Below, in pieces: positions 24,773-37,877 of a DNA stretch of 64,000 bases (positions are counted from its first letter, which is position 1; each line of letters starts with the position of its first letter). The notes below the pieces were generated by a model, which worked only from the letters and a program-made list of their open reading frames with translations, made no database searches and was not told the origin of the DNA. This DNA is from Zootoca vivipara. Lineage: Eukaryota. A program made the translations under genes and the position numbers. The DNA is taken from NCBI RefSeq assembly GCF_963506605.1, contig NC_083294.1, forward strand, positions 37,944,001 to 38,008,000. The letters are read 5' to 3'.

Positions 24773-27577
24773 AGAATTTTTTTATGTAATTATTTGGCAT
24801 CTTTGTGTCCTTGAGGTTTATCACGTCCAAGATCATATGAGGGTGGACTTCAATAATCTTTCAATAGAAAATATCAAAAATATAAAAATGAAAAGAGATC
24901 TTCCACCTGGCTGCTGCAGCCGGGTATAGAGGGCTATATTCCCCCTTGATCCTACCATTTATGATCCTATTAATCATCTGCCTATCCATCCATCCAGCTG
25001 ATAGCAACTTTAATTTTTAAAAGGCTGCATGTCAGTTGTTTTTCATTTATGAAGAATGGCTTCCTATGAGGCATCTCAAAGTGGTTTACAATACATAGGA
25101 AGATACTATCTGCAACTTGGACTTGATTGCTTACTTGCCAATTTTAATTCAATCTCGAACCTTTATTGGCATATAGACGAAATTCTGAAAGGTTCAGTAC
25201 AATCATATCACTCAGTAAAATCTGCACCTAACAATAAAAATACTGTTGTATAACATTCATGAATCCTCATTGCATGTTGCAGGAACCTGCCTATCTCCAT
25301 CTTAGCCCCACCCTGAGTAAACATTAGGAAGGCTACCTTACACTCATCTGACTGCCACTCCCTGCTAACAGCCAACTTGATTAATGAACTTGGATCGAAT
25401 TGTCTAAACACAAGGGGCAATGCAAAAGAACATGCCCGACTGATTCGGGCACAGTGTTTCTGTGAGTGGTATTTGTTGATTCAGGTTGGTTGGGTGGTGG
25501 AGATAAGTTGCCATTGGCTGTTCACATTGCACACCTCCAGACTTGCACAGATGCTATTCCTGATTTGTCTACCAAATTCTTGAAATTCCTTGTCTTAACA
25601 ATCTGCATTTAATTATCTCAAATGCAAGATTTTCCGATAAGCAGTACATTAGGAGTCTAATGGGATTCCTATCTGTTTAATTTTGTTCTCAATTCTCCTT
25701 AACCGTCCTGATGATTGTTATTCAGCTAACATGGCCACAAGAAGACTATTAGGTTCAGATCTGTAATGCAGCTACAAACAAAACTTAAATGCTAGCAGCC
25801 ATGCTTTAATTTCTAAAAGTCTTTGGTTTATTTCTGCTGGAACATACTGGTTCCCTTTGGAATAATGGAAATGAGTGATCACTGACACACTACTTTTTGC
25901 AGCATTAATAGCAAATTCTCTGCAGGTTACCTATCCAGCCTTATACAGTAATTGATATAAATGCCCAGGTATTTAAACCACTTAACTTGCTCAATTGTAT
26001 TTCCTCTGATCAGCTGCTTATACGCTTCCCATGACTTTGTGAAGACCCATGATTTTTTACTTCTCGAAAGTTAGTGTGAGTTTATTACACTTGCAATACT
26101 GCAAAAAAATAGAGCAATTAGCCTTTTAGACATATTTGTAAGTGTAAAAGTACCAATGCATCAAATATGGACCACCCTGTTAGAGGCAGCTCCACAGTCT
26201 ATCGTGGTTTTTGTTAGTATTTTAGCATTTTAAAAGCTTTGTTTTCAAATGTTTGAGTTTGCTGGGCTGCAGTAAGCAGCAGCTGTATTTTATCCAGTGG
26301 CTCCCCAACTCTCCTTTTGAGGATTCAGTTAACAGGCTGGCTTTTATCTGCTTTAGCTGCTGCAAGCCCAAATCTATAGTAGGAGCCATCCTCTGCTTTT
26401 GAACAATTATATATTTCAGCTGCCTGTGCCTTGTGAGAGGTGCCTCTTCACACTGTCCCACAGGGGGCTAGGAAGAAAATGCCCCCAGCATTAGTAGCCC
26501 AATGGAGACTGGCCAAAGATAAGCTTGAGGTCAGCACCTTATATTGGGTGGCAGCAGCAGGTCCTAAAGTAATAAACAAAATCTGCCCTTACTCCCTTAT
26601 GGGGTACACAAGAGTCCTTGTAGAGTCTTTTGTAGGTTCTCCATCGGTAGGAGAAAACAACAAGGGCAAACCAGAGAATATTGAGAAGCAAAGCAGCTAA
26701 TAAGACTGATCTTTATTGAACTGTTGCAACAGGGTGCTCCCTCTCACACAGGAGAAAATAGGAGGACCTAGAACAAAGGCATGCCTTATATAGACATTTA
26801 AAATTGCCCACCCTGGAGTCCAAGACCAACCCCAGAAGCATCATACATACATCACAGAAATCTGAGTACTGTACATTGTTTATCTCCTGTCTGGCAGTTT
26901 ACCTGTTAATGTTCACTTGATTGGATTACCTGGGGAGCCTGGCCAGTCTTTTTGTAATGATAAATACTTAGTTCCTGAGCCAGGTCACAAGCTCACCCTA
27001 TTCATACACAGACATACCCTTAAGACAGGATTTATTATATATCTAGGACCTTAAAATTATTATAACACTGCCAGGCCCGCATAGCGGAAAGGCTCCCCCC
27101 TTCAGCACCAGGCACTCAGCTCCCAGGCAGGCCTTGCACACAGCAAGCACAAGAAAGGCCAGTGCAGTGCCTGCCTGCCTGGCCTCCCACTTGTCTGTCC
27201 ATTCCTAACAGCAAGGGCTGGAGGACTAGCTGGCTGGGCTCTCTTACCCACTTCCTTGCTTACCCTGAGGCTGCCTCAGCTCATGGCAACCAGCACCCCC
27301 TGGCCAGCCCCAGAGGCATCATTCGCCTGGGGAGCTTGTAGCCAGGGCTGCTGCAACAAACAGCTGTGCAAGCCTTGGTGAGGCAGAGATGCAAGAGGGC
27401 ATCAGAGGAGGGAGGGAAGGAAGGAAAGAGGGACAGAGGCCAGGGTTGCTTGCGTCACCCATGACCATCCTTCAAAGCACTCCACCCAGGGTGCCACGGC
27501 ACACTGGATGAAAACTACTGCTTTAAGGGTTGCAAAGCTCAAAACCACTTTTTAAAACTCAAAAATAATTTTTAATT

Positions 27578-28469
27578 AACAACTGACTGGTTCAAAATTG
27601 GGAAAGGAGTACGACAAGGTTGTATATTGTCTCCCTGCTTATTTAACTTATATGCAGAATTCATCATGCGAAAGGCTGGACTGGATGACTCCCAAGCCGG
27701 AACTAAGATTGCCGGAAGAAATATCAACAACCTCAGATATGCAGATGACACAACCTTGATGGCAGAAAGTGAGGAGGAATTAAAGAAACTTTTAATGAGG
27801 GTGGAAGAGGAGAGCGCAAAATATGGTCTGAAGCTCAACATCAAAAAACTAAGATCATGGCCACTGGTCCCATCACCTCCTAACAAATACCGGTAGAAGG
27901 GGAAGAAATGGAGGCAGTGAGAGATTTTACTTTCTTGGGTTCCATGATCACTGCAGATGGTGACAGCAGTCCCGAAATTAAAAGACGCCTGCTTCTTGGG
28001 AGAAAAGCAATGACAAACCTAGACAACATCTTAAAAAGCAGAGACATCACCTTGCCAACAAAGGTCCGTAATAGTTAAAGCTATGGTTTTCCCAGTAGTG
28101 ATGTATGGAAGTGAGAGCTGGACTATAAAGAAGGTTGATTGCCGAAGAATTGATGCTTTTGAATTTTGGTGCTGGAGGAGACTCTTGAGAGTCCTATGGA
28201 CCGCAAGAAGATCAAACCTATCCATTCTTAAGGAAATCAGCCCCGAGTGCTCACTGGAAGGACAGATCGTGAAGCTGAGGCTACAATACTTTGGCCACCT
28301 CATGAGAAGAGAAGACTCCAGGGAAAAGACCCTGATGTTGGGAAAGATGGAGGGCACAAGGAGAAGGGGACGACAGAGGACGAGATGGCTGGACAGTGTT
28401 CTTGAAACTACAAACATGAGTTTGACCAAACTGCGGGAGGCAGTGGAAGACAGGAGTGCCTGGCGTGCT
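27578..28469 (+). mobile_element. BovB LINE fragment (RT C-terminal half, frameshifted)
   Basis: ORFs 27627-27896 (LRYADDTTL) and 28083-28568; highly similar to 31467-33139. Confidence 0.93.
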
Positions 28470-28495
28470 ATGAAGCCTGCAACGGCCTCCTGGAG

Positions 28496-28619
28496 CCGCC
28501 AGAGGGCGCTGCCCTCTTTTCAGGGCACTTCCGGGTATGTACCCGGGAGGCATCTAGCAGTTTCCTGACGCCGCCTCTTTCCCCCATCAGCCTCTGCGCC
28601 GCTTCCTCTTCCTCTTTTC
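28496..28619 (+). promoter_or_regulatory. RPL39 core promoter with 5'TOP pyrimidine tract
   Basis: CTCF-like CCGCCAGAGGGCGCT at 28496-28510, ETS/GABP CACTTCCGGG at 28526-28535, polypyrimidine CTTCCTCTTCCTCTTTTC at 28602-28619 ahead of the ATG exon. Confidence 0.75.
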
Positions 28620-28659
28620 GTTTGTTGCCATTGTGGTGAGCGGTTGGTGGAGCTCGAGC

Positions 28660-31600
28660 ATGGTAAGTTAATCCGTTGCCATCCTCCGCTGGGGCTGCTT
28701 TGCTAGCCATCCCCATGGCACCCCGCGTAGAATTAGTGTTTGATGCCCATCCTCGTCTAAACCCCGGACGTCTAGTAGCTATTTTGGGGTGGTGGTGGGG
28801 AGAGAGTTCCCTGATTCCCTGGTTCGTTCATTGCAAGGAGGTGGGGGGAGCTCAGTACAAAATAGGTGGGAGGGAAAGGACGTCAAGCCCAATATCCCAT
28901 AATATTTTTTTCTTCACAACAACCCTGAACGGTAGGTTGCACTCCGAGAGATTGAAGGATATATTAATAATAATAATAATAATATATTCGTTATTTATAC
29001 CCCGCCCATCTGGCTGGGTTTCCCCAGCTTCTCTGGGCGGCTTACAACAGAATATTAAAATACAATCCTTGGGGCTGTAGTTGCCTGAGCCTTGCTTGAG
29101 ACCTGTGTCCCCCCCCTCCCGGAGAGCTTTAATTCTCAATGTGGTTTAAACAACTCTCAGCAACCTTAACAAACACCAGCTCCTGGGATTCTTTTCTGGG
29201 ACCCCTTCATTCGGCATAGCAGAGCTGTAAATATGTACTGCAGAAAGGGAGTACCTCCCTGGTCCAACAGTGGAGCCTAATAGGGAACCTATGACCCTTC
29301 AGATGTTGATGATCGGCATCTTCTACCACCTCTGAGCATTGCCGTTGAGCCCCCAATAGCAAAAGGTGAGATATAATAATTGAAACTCCTTATCTTTTCT
29401 TTCCAACCTGCCAGTCTTCCCACAAGACGTTCAAGATCAAGCGGTTTCTTGCTAAGAAGCAGAAGCAGAACCGGCCCATCCCGCAATGGATCCGCATGAA
29501 AACTGGCAATAAAATCAGGTATGGGGATTGCCTTCTAGAGTACAGCAGAACCTCTGCTTATGTTACCCTCAGTTAATGTAAACTTCAGGTTGCGAAAGCG
29601 GCAAACTTTCACCGCATGCACAGAAGCGCTCTACGCGCCATGCACATGCACAAAAGCACTTTTGTGCACAGTGTTTTGTTCAAATAGCTGTGGTTTTTGT
29701 TGGTGCTGTGTGGCAAACATACTTCAGAGGTGGCCAGACCTCTGGAATAGCATGCTGTAGTTTCAAATACTCTCCCCAGTTTCAGCCCCCTTTGCCCGTG
29801 ATAGCTCCAGTGGCATGGAAATGGGTCCTCTGCTGGAGTATTTAGCTCCCTTGGACGACTAGTGGATGGGAAATACTCCTGGTGGTTTATCATTAATCTG
29901 CTTGGGAATACTGCATCATGCTTGCACTTGCTGATGTAAGTGTACTCAATGTGAATCCTGTCCCCTACAAACTTATGCTAACTGATTCTTTGCCATGGGC
30001 ATGATCTTTCTGAAGGTGCTGAGCCATAAGTTTCTTTCTTTACTGATTGAACAGTAAATGCCACAGTGAACTCTCTTTAGTGCTTTCCTGTAACTGGCGA
30101 CAGGACTTTCTGTTGGTTGGTTGAACTTCCAGCTTATGTCTGTTGTTCATTTTCTAACCTTCACATGAACCTTTTACTGCAGTGGTCCTGCCACAAATAC
30201 ATGGAGAACCTGACGTCCCGGGGGGGGGGGGCAGAAGGGGCCATCCAAGATATTGTGCAACCTTCCCAGAGCCTGGTAAGCAAGGCAGAGGGAAAGGCCT
30301 GCTGCAGACAGACGTGGGGGTTGGGGTTCTGGGGGTTTCCTGACTGCATGATTTTGCCTTTGTACATGGACTCCCAGAACCAACCCCTTGTGTAACTTGC
30401 AGGCCTGCTATATTGAAGGTCTCTACTGACATACCCTAGAACAGGCATCCCCAAACTGCGGCCCTCCAGATGTTTTGGCCTACAACTCCCATGATCCCTA
30501 GCTAACAGGACCAGTGGTCAGGGATGATGGGAATTGTAGTCCAAAACATCTGGAGGGCCGAAGTTTGGGGATGCCTGCCCTAGAACCTCAGCGTTAAAGG
30601 GTCCATTCTTACTCAGTTTTTCCCAGATCTTGTATGTGTGTTTTCCTGCTACAACACTTTCTCTTCCTACTGTTTCTTTTTACACCTCCTTTGAGCATGA
30701 TGGGTTTTCCATACCTACCTACTAGTTATAATTTGGATGTGGTGTTGGAATCATTGAGCTTTGTCTCCAATATCAGCTGTTCAGAGGTGAGTTTTCCAGA
30801 TAAAGTGTGTTCCCAAAGCAGGCTGCAATTACAGTGCTTCATTCTGTGGGAGCACTGCCATGTCCCTGCTGAGAGCAATTCTGTTACTTAGGAATCGATC
30901 TCACCTGTTCTGGTGAAATCAGACTCCCTTTTTAGCAGTGACAGGTGTGCAAGGAAACCTCCAGACACTTCCAGTGAAAATGACCGATGGGAGCTTTTCT
31001 AGGGGAAATGCCTCTATAGTTGTGAATAAAGGGCTGTGTTTTTATTAGGCCAGATTCTGTAAGTGAAAGATAATCCAGAGGTCCCATCTTTCCAGCCCTC
31101 TCAGAAGGAATGAAAATCAGAATTTATGTTGTGCAATGATAAGGAATGCTTTCCCCACAAAAACAAGCCATGAAGACTTTCAGTGGCTAGAACTACTGAT
31201 TGATAACTCCATCAGTACCACTCTGTCCACCGTGCACAGGTTGGTGCCACTGCTGCATGGACAAATGGAGTCAGTGATGCATAATGTGTGCATATTTTTT
31301 GCCATACCTTTTCCCAAAGCCTGCTACACTTGTGTGTGTCATCCTCCAAACACACCCATAGTTTCTTTGTGGTCTGCCAGACCCCAAAATCTGATGTTTT
31401 AGACTCATTTTTATTTATTGCTGGGGGGAAAGAGCTGCCCCCACAATGTATCCCAAGATTAAGTTTGTTGTTGTTTAGTCGTTTAGTCGTGTCCGACTCT
31501 TCGTGACCCCATGGACCAGAGCACGCCAGGCACTCCTGTCTTGCACTGCCTCCCGCAGTTTGGTCAAACTCATGTTCGTAGCTTCGAGAACACTGTCCAA

Positions 31601-33767
31601 TCATCTTGTCCTCTGACGTCCCCTTCTCCTAGTGCCCTCAATCTTTCCCAACATCAGGGTCTTTTCCAAGGATTCTTCTCTTCTCATGAGGTGGCCAAAG
31701 TATTGGAGCCTCAGCTTCACGATCTGTCCTTCCAGGGAGCACTCGGGGCTGATTTCCTTAAGAATGGATAGGTTTGATCTTCTTGCAGTCCATGGGACTC
31801 TCAAGAGTCTCCTCCAGCACCATAATTCAAAAGCATCAATTCTTCGGCGATCAGCCTTCTTTATGGTCCAACTCTCACTTCCATACATCACTACTGGGAA
31901 AACCATAGCTTTAACTATACGGACCTTTGTCGGCAAGGTGATGTCTCTGCTTTTTAAGATGCTGTCTAGGTTTGTCATTGCTTTTCTCCCAAGAAGCAGG
32001 CGTCTTTTAATTTCGTGACTGCTGTCACCATCTGCAGTGATCAAGGAGCCCAAGAAAGTAAAATCTCTCACTGCCTCCATTTCTTCCCCTTCTATTTGCC
32101 AGGAGGTGATGGGGCCAGTGGCCATGATCTTGGTTTTTTTGATGTTGAGCTTCAGACCATATTTTGCGCTCTCCTCTTTCACCCTCATTAAAAGGTTCTT
32201 TAATTCCTCCTCGCTTTCTGCCATCAAGGTTGTGTCATCTGCATATCTGAGGTTGTTGAAATTTCTTCCAGCAATCTTAATTCCGGCTTGGGATTCATCT
32301 AGTCCAGCCTTTCGCATGATGAATTCTGCATATAAGTTAAATAAGCAGGGAGACAATATACAACCTTGTCGTACTCCTTTCCCAATTTTGAACCAATCAG
32401 TTGTTCCATATCCAGTTCTAACTGTAGCTTCTTGTCCCACATAGAGATTTCTCAGGAGACAGATGAGGTGATCAGGCACTCCCATTTCTTTAAGAACTTG
32501 CCATAGTTTGCTGTGGTCGACACAGTCAAAGGCTTTTGCATAGTCAATGAAGCAGAAGTAGACGTTTTTCTGGAACTCTCTAGCTTTCTCCATAATCCAG
32601 CGCATGTTTGCTATTTGGTCTCTGGTTCCTCTGCCCTTTCGAAATCCAGCTTGCACTTCTGGGAGTTCTCGGTCCACATACTGCCTAAGCCTGCCTTGTA
32701 GAATTTTAAGCATAACCTTGCTAGCGTGTGAAATGAGCGCAATTGTGCGGTAGTTGCAGCATTCTTTGGCACTGCCCTTCTTTGGAATTGGGATGTAGAC
32801 TGATCTTCTCCAATCCTCTGGCCATTGCTGAGTTTTCCAAACTTGCTGGCATATTGGGTGTAGCACCTTAACAGCATCATCTTTTAAAATTTTAAACAGT
32901 TCAGCTGGAATATCATCACTTCCACTGGCCTTGTTATTAGCAATGCTTTCTAAGGCCCATTTGACTTCACTCTCCAAGATGTCTGGCTCAAGGTCAGCAA
33001 CCACACTACCTGAGGTGTACGAGACCTCCATATCTTTCTGGTATAATTCCTCTGTGTATTCTTGCCACCTCTTCTTGATGTCTTCTGCTTCTGTTAGGTC
33101 CTTACCACTTTTGTCCTTGATTATGGTAATCTTTGTACGAGATTAAGTTTACACCAGTTCAGATTTCTAATAGATATGTAAAAAGCTTTAGTTAAAATTC
33201 ACCCACACTTATTCAGTTAAGTAGACTGGTACTTAAGAGCCTCTTCTACAGGAAGGGGAATTGTTGGCTTAATTAGGATAAAAAATACACACAAGTAGTA
33301 TTTTTAACATATTTAAATTCTAAGTTTAGAATTTAAACATTTTTCCCCAGAATGTAAAACTATTTTGGTTAAAAATTATAATTTTGTTAGAATAGCAAAT
33401 GCAGCAATACTTAGTGCTTAGGGTTTGGGTATGTGCATGTGTGTTTAAATACCTTCTGAATTCTTGAAATTATCTCACATATATAGTACAATATTAATAT
33501 GTGCTCATGTGAGAGGGAGCAGGGGAGCAAAAATGGCTCTGAGAAAGTCACACTTTCATCTGCTAACAGCTGTAGGTCCCTTTGAAATGTGCCATATGCA
33601 AATTGTAAGAGGGTGGCCAGTTCACTTGCTTACTATTTGCTTAACACAGCCTGGGATTTTGGTCTGCTGGAGAGACAGAGATGTGCCTTGCTTACTAATC
33701 ATGTCCCTTTTGTTCTAGGTACAACTCCAAAAGGAGACACTGGAGGAGGACCAAGCTCGGCCTGTAA
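28660..33767 (+). CDS. RPL39: 60S ribosomal protein L39 (eL39), 51 aa
   Basis: Exons 28660-28662 (ATG|gtaag), 29415-29518 ([35 protein letters not shown]), 33719-33767 ([15 protein letters not shown]); AATAAA at 34017-34022. Confidence 0.98.
30442..30577. mobile_element. Intact palindromic hAT MITE (136 bp)
   Basis: TIRs CAGGCATCCCCAAACT...AGTTTGGGGATGCCTG; 8-bp TSD CCCTAGAA at 30434-30441 and 30578-30585. Confidence 0.92.
30815..30946 (+). ncRNA. SNORA69: H/ACA snoRNA SNORA69 (U69) in RPL39 intron 2
   Basis: Begins AAAGCAGGCTGCAATTACAGTGCTTCATT as in recalled U69; H box AGAGCA at 30872-30877; ACA at 30941-30943, 3 nt from the end; RPL39 is the known host gene. Confidence 0.9.
31467..33139 (-). 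mobile_element. Young 5'-truncated BovB LINE in RPL39 intron 2
   Basis: 476-aa uninterrupted RT ORF (31601-33031; [23 protein letters not shown]); (CAA)n tail; 11-bp TSD AGATTAAGTTT at 31456-31466 and 33140-33150. Confidence 0.96.
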
Positions 33768-35879
33768 AGAGAAGCAGCTCCAATCTTACCGGCACAACCC
33801 TGTATCTTGCATCTCTTGAGTGCCAGAATGGTCTCTTCCAATCAACTTTCCACATTATCAGGGCTGGAATTTCATCTTGTGCTGTGCAGTCTCCCCCCTT
33901 TGTAGAAATATTTGTTATTACAAATTTTAATGAGAAAAAAACCTGAATGATGTCTTTTGGTTCTCAGTGTCATGCGTACTGGCTGAATTCTTGTTGCCGG
34001 TGGAGAGAAGCTCATTAATAAATATGAGATTCCACATATTTTAACAAATTAGCGACTTCTGGTTGGATTTACTGTTTATACTTGCTACACACAAGGGGAC
34101 CTGGCAGCAGTACAAAAGGCTAATAGCTGTGAAATTTGCATGTATTGCATTGAAGGCTGAGAATTTCCAACTGTGTCTTAGTGGGTGAATAGTTTGAAAC
34201 AAGCAGGCAAAAAAAAAAAACCCACAGTGACAATCTCCGTCCTCCACGGCTGGAAGTCTGATTGGGATGCCATTGGCTTTGGCTAAGGAAGTACCAAGCA
34301 AAAGCTAGAAATGGGGGCAGAAATGTGGAGAGGTGGGGTAGAGCACCTCAGATGTAACCTATGAAGGGCCCCCAAAAGGACGAGTTAGAGTTTTGAGAAG
34401 CCATGGAGTAGATGTGAGCTTGAACCAGATAACTTTTAGCATGCAACTCCTGTGCTCTACCAATGAATTTCAAACCCTCGCCAAAAACTCTTGGGAGAAT
34501 CTGAGAAGAATGCTGCAAGGACAAGCTGAGGGAGGGGATTATGTGCAATGATATAAAATACTTTGATATAGAAGAAAGTACTCTCAAAATTCTGGTGGTC
34601 TAATTCAGGCATGGGAAACAGCTTTCTGGGTGCTGCTGAACTACAATTCACATCAGCCCTGTGGCCAATGGTCACAGATGATTGGAGTTGTCATTCAGCA
34701 AGATCTGGAGAGTCAAAATTTCTCAACTTATGCTCTGATGAGGGCCTTTTTTAAGGCTTCCAATTCACTTGGTGGCGAACACATGCATACACACAATATA
34801 ATGCATTCACAGGCATGCACTTAGAAATTTAATATGGGGCCACAGAGATGACATTTCTTAATCTTCATGGTTGTTCCACTTGGATTCTTGGTGTTTAGGT
34901 AATTTACAAATCCAAACTCTTTAAATCCTCCAGTGGGACTTCACAGTATTGCCTATGGGGTTATTCAGGGGTCCGCAAACTTTTTAAACTGGGCCGGTTC
35001 ACTGTCCCTCAAACACTGTCAGGGGCCAGACTATAGGTTTTTTAAAAATATATATATGCATATTTATGTGGAAGTCCCCCCTATTTTTTACTTGAGTAAA
35101 CCCGTTGACATCAGTGGCTATGCACCTGGGTCCATTCATTTCAGCAGGCCTGCCCTCTGCATAAAAGACAACGAAGCAACAAAACACAAGGTCTTTGAGA
35201 TACAGCATGGAACACCACCTGCCAAACGTGATGGACCTAAATAAATCACATATGCCATATTGTGGGTGGAAATGTATAAATTAAATTCTGACAGAATGAA
35301 ATAGGTAGTGAAAGAAAGAACGTGCTCCCTCTTCAGCCTACATCTCCTAACCCACTTTGGAGTAAAGTCTGATGTTAACCAGTTCCAGTTTGTAAAGATG
35401 TGTGCTGGCTTATCGGATCAGAAGAACAAGAAAAAGGGCAAATTTAAGAGTGCATTAATGTATGACCCAAAGAATCTTCCAGATGAAGTGTGCTTACATT
35501 GAAAATAAGTACTGGAGGCAAGTCTCTTGTCTCCCTCTGCCCCTCAAAGGTTTGTTTGGCACATCCTTTTGGGAAGAATGCAGCTCCCAAAACAACTAAA
35601 CCACACATACAAGCTGGTGTGTACACTGCTATTAGTTCATTTGGATAAGTACATAAGAGTCATGTTAGATCATCTAGTCCAATGTTCCCCAAACTTAGGT
35701 TTCCAGCAGTTTTTGGACTGCAACTCCTATCATCCCTAGCTAGCAGGGGTGATGGGGATTGTAGTCCAAAAACAGCTGGGGACCCAAGTTATGGAAAAAC
35801 TGACCTAGTTCACCTAGGTCCAGCATCGTGTTCTCACAGTGGTCAACCACCCAAGTTGGTGGTCACCACTGCCTCCTGC

Positions 35880-36235
35880 AGATGGTGCTGTGGTCTAAAC
35901 TGAGCCTCTTGGGCTTGCCAATCAGAAGGTTGGTTGGTTGAATCCCTGGTGATGGGGTGAGCTCCCATTGCTCTGCCCCAGCTCCTGCCAACCTAGCAGT
36001 TCAAAATCACACCAGTGCAAGTAGATAAATAGGTGGGAAGCTAAACGGCGTTTCTGTGCGCTCTGGCATTTGTCACGGTGTTCTGTTGCACCAGAAGCGA
36101 TTTAGTCATGCTGGCCACATGACCCAGAAAGCTGTCTGTGGACAAACACAGTCTCCCTCAGCCTGAATGAGCGCCGTAACCCCATAGTTGCCTTTGACTG
36201 GACTTAACCATCCTTGGATCCTTTTCCTTTGCCTT
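35880..36235 (+). mobile_element. Sauria SINE
   Basis: GGTGCTGTGGTCTAAACTGAGCCTCTTGGGCTTGCC head; body shared with the other copies. Confidence 0.85.
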
Positions 36236-37059
36236 ACTGCCTCCTGGGGAGCGAATTCCCATAACTGAGCTATATGCTGTGTGAAGGACTATTTCCTTTT
36301 AAAGTGAGTGGGTGTGCCAGCAGCAGCAGTCTAGTGCCCTTGCCATTACTTTTCTTGATTCTGTTACATTTGCGTGAGGTGAGGTGTTAAGTTCCTTTCA
36401 TTGTTAAATTGGTTTTTTTTTCCTTTCTTGTTGAGCTGCCTGGATGTGCCCAGCTCCAGAGTGGGTGCATTCTGCCAGGATTTAAGGTAAGGAGGGGTTG
36501 ATGTTGCTAGACTCCCTTCAGCTCCAGCTATCGTGACCACAGCAAATTGTAATTTCCTGGGTACTAGCAAACTCATCTATGAATTCATATCCTTATTTAG
36601 CCAAAATGGCACTCAAAGAGGAGATATCCACTCAACTGAAGTTGCTTATAGAATCAGAGAGTTGGAAGGGACCGCTCGAACTCACAACCCTGAGATTAAG
36701 AGTCTCATGCTCTTAATAATGAAGATTATTAAGGAAGACTCCCAAACAATTTTCAAGTGGTCCATGCTGGGGAGGGAAGGAGTTTTGAGAATTGTTGCTA
36801 CAGACAATTGTGCTTCACCTTGTGAGGAATACTCACCTGGAACAAAGTGAAGACCATGTACCGGTAGTACTTGAAGATGATGCAGACGATGTTCCAGACA
36901 TCACAGGGCTGGGTCCAACTGAGCTCCAGAATGAAGCCCAGTTTCCTAATGGTGACAGAGCTCTGTGGCCACAATGTAGAGAAAGTGTTGGGAAGTGGGG
37001 ACTGTAAGGGAGTATACTGAAAGTGGGTGTGACTGGCTGCAGATGCACATAGGAGCACA

Positions 37060-37526
37060 CAGGAGCGGTGCTAGGGCTTTTTGCACCCTAGACAAAAACA
37101 CCTGGCGCCCCCCCGGACGCATGCGTCATGATGCACGCACGCACACCGCTGATGCCCCTGCGTCCCCTCCATTGGCGGGAGGAGCGCGGGCCAAGGTTGG
37201 AGCTCGGCACCCTCCCGCCTGTGGAGGGGACTGAGTTCCTCAGTGACGGCAGCTGCAGCGAGCGGCAGCGGCAGCGCCCATAGCTGAAGGCTTCAGCTGC
37301 GGGCGCTGTCGCCGCTTGCTCACTGCAGCCGCTGGGGAGCTCACAGCGTCCCCTCCGTGGGCGGGAGGGCGCTGAGCTCTCCTTTTGGCTTGCGCTCCTC
37401 CTGCCTGTGGAGGGGACGCTGTGAGCTCCTCGGGGAGTGAGCGAGCGGGCGGGCGGCGGCAGCGCCCCCTCAATTTTCGCACCCTAGGCAATGGCCTAGT
37501 CTGCCTAAATGGACGCACCGGCCCTG
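37060..37526. mobile_element. GC-rich non-autonomous hAT element
   Basis: TIRs CAGGAGCGGTGC...GCACCGGCCCTG; 8-bp TSD GGAGCACA at 37052-37059 and 37527-37534; internal direct and inverted repeats. Confidence 0.85.
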
Positions 37527-37877
37527 GGAGCACACCACATTGGATTTTGTTGCAGGTCTCCCTGGTTGGGTTCTCTCTCCATCACCCCCTTCATAAGCTG
37601 TGTAGTGCTAGAAGTCTGAATGCTCCCTTTCTTTTACATACACATTAAAACATCTCAAAGTTGGTTCTTGTCAAGTTCTGAGAGGAAGTCTATGTGCCCC
37701 CTTGTATCTGATGGAGACAAACAGCCTTCCCTGACTCCAACACCCCAGTCCCTTATTTGAAACAGAAAATCATTCTCTGGAGTCACACTGAAAGTTATTC
37801 CCACTTACTGTTGGTTAAGCTAGAACTACATCAGAGGTGGGGAATCAGAACTGTAGAGCTCCAGGGATCCTCTAGTC

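Noticed and set aside
37060-37526. CpG-island promoter
   Set aside because: The GC-rich stretch lies entirely within a TSD-flanked hAT element.
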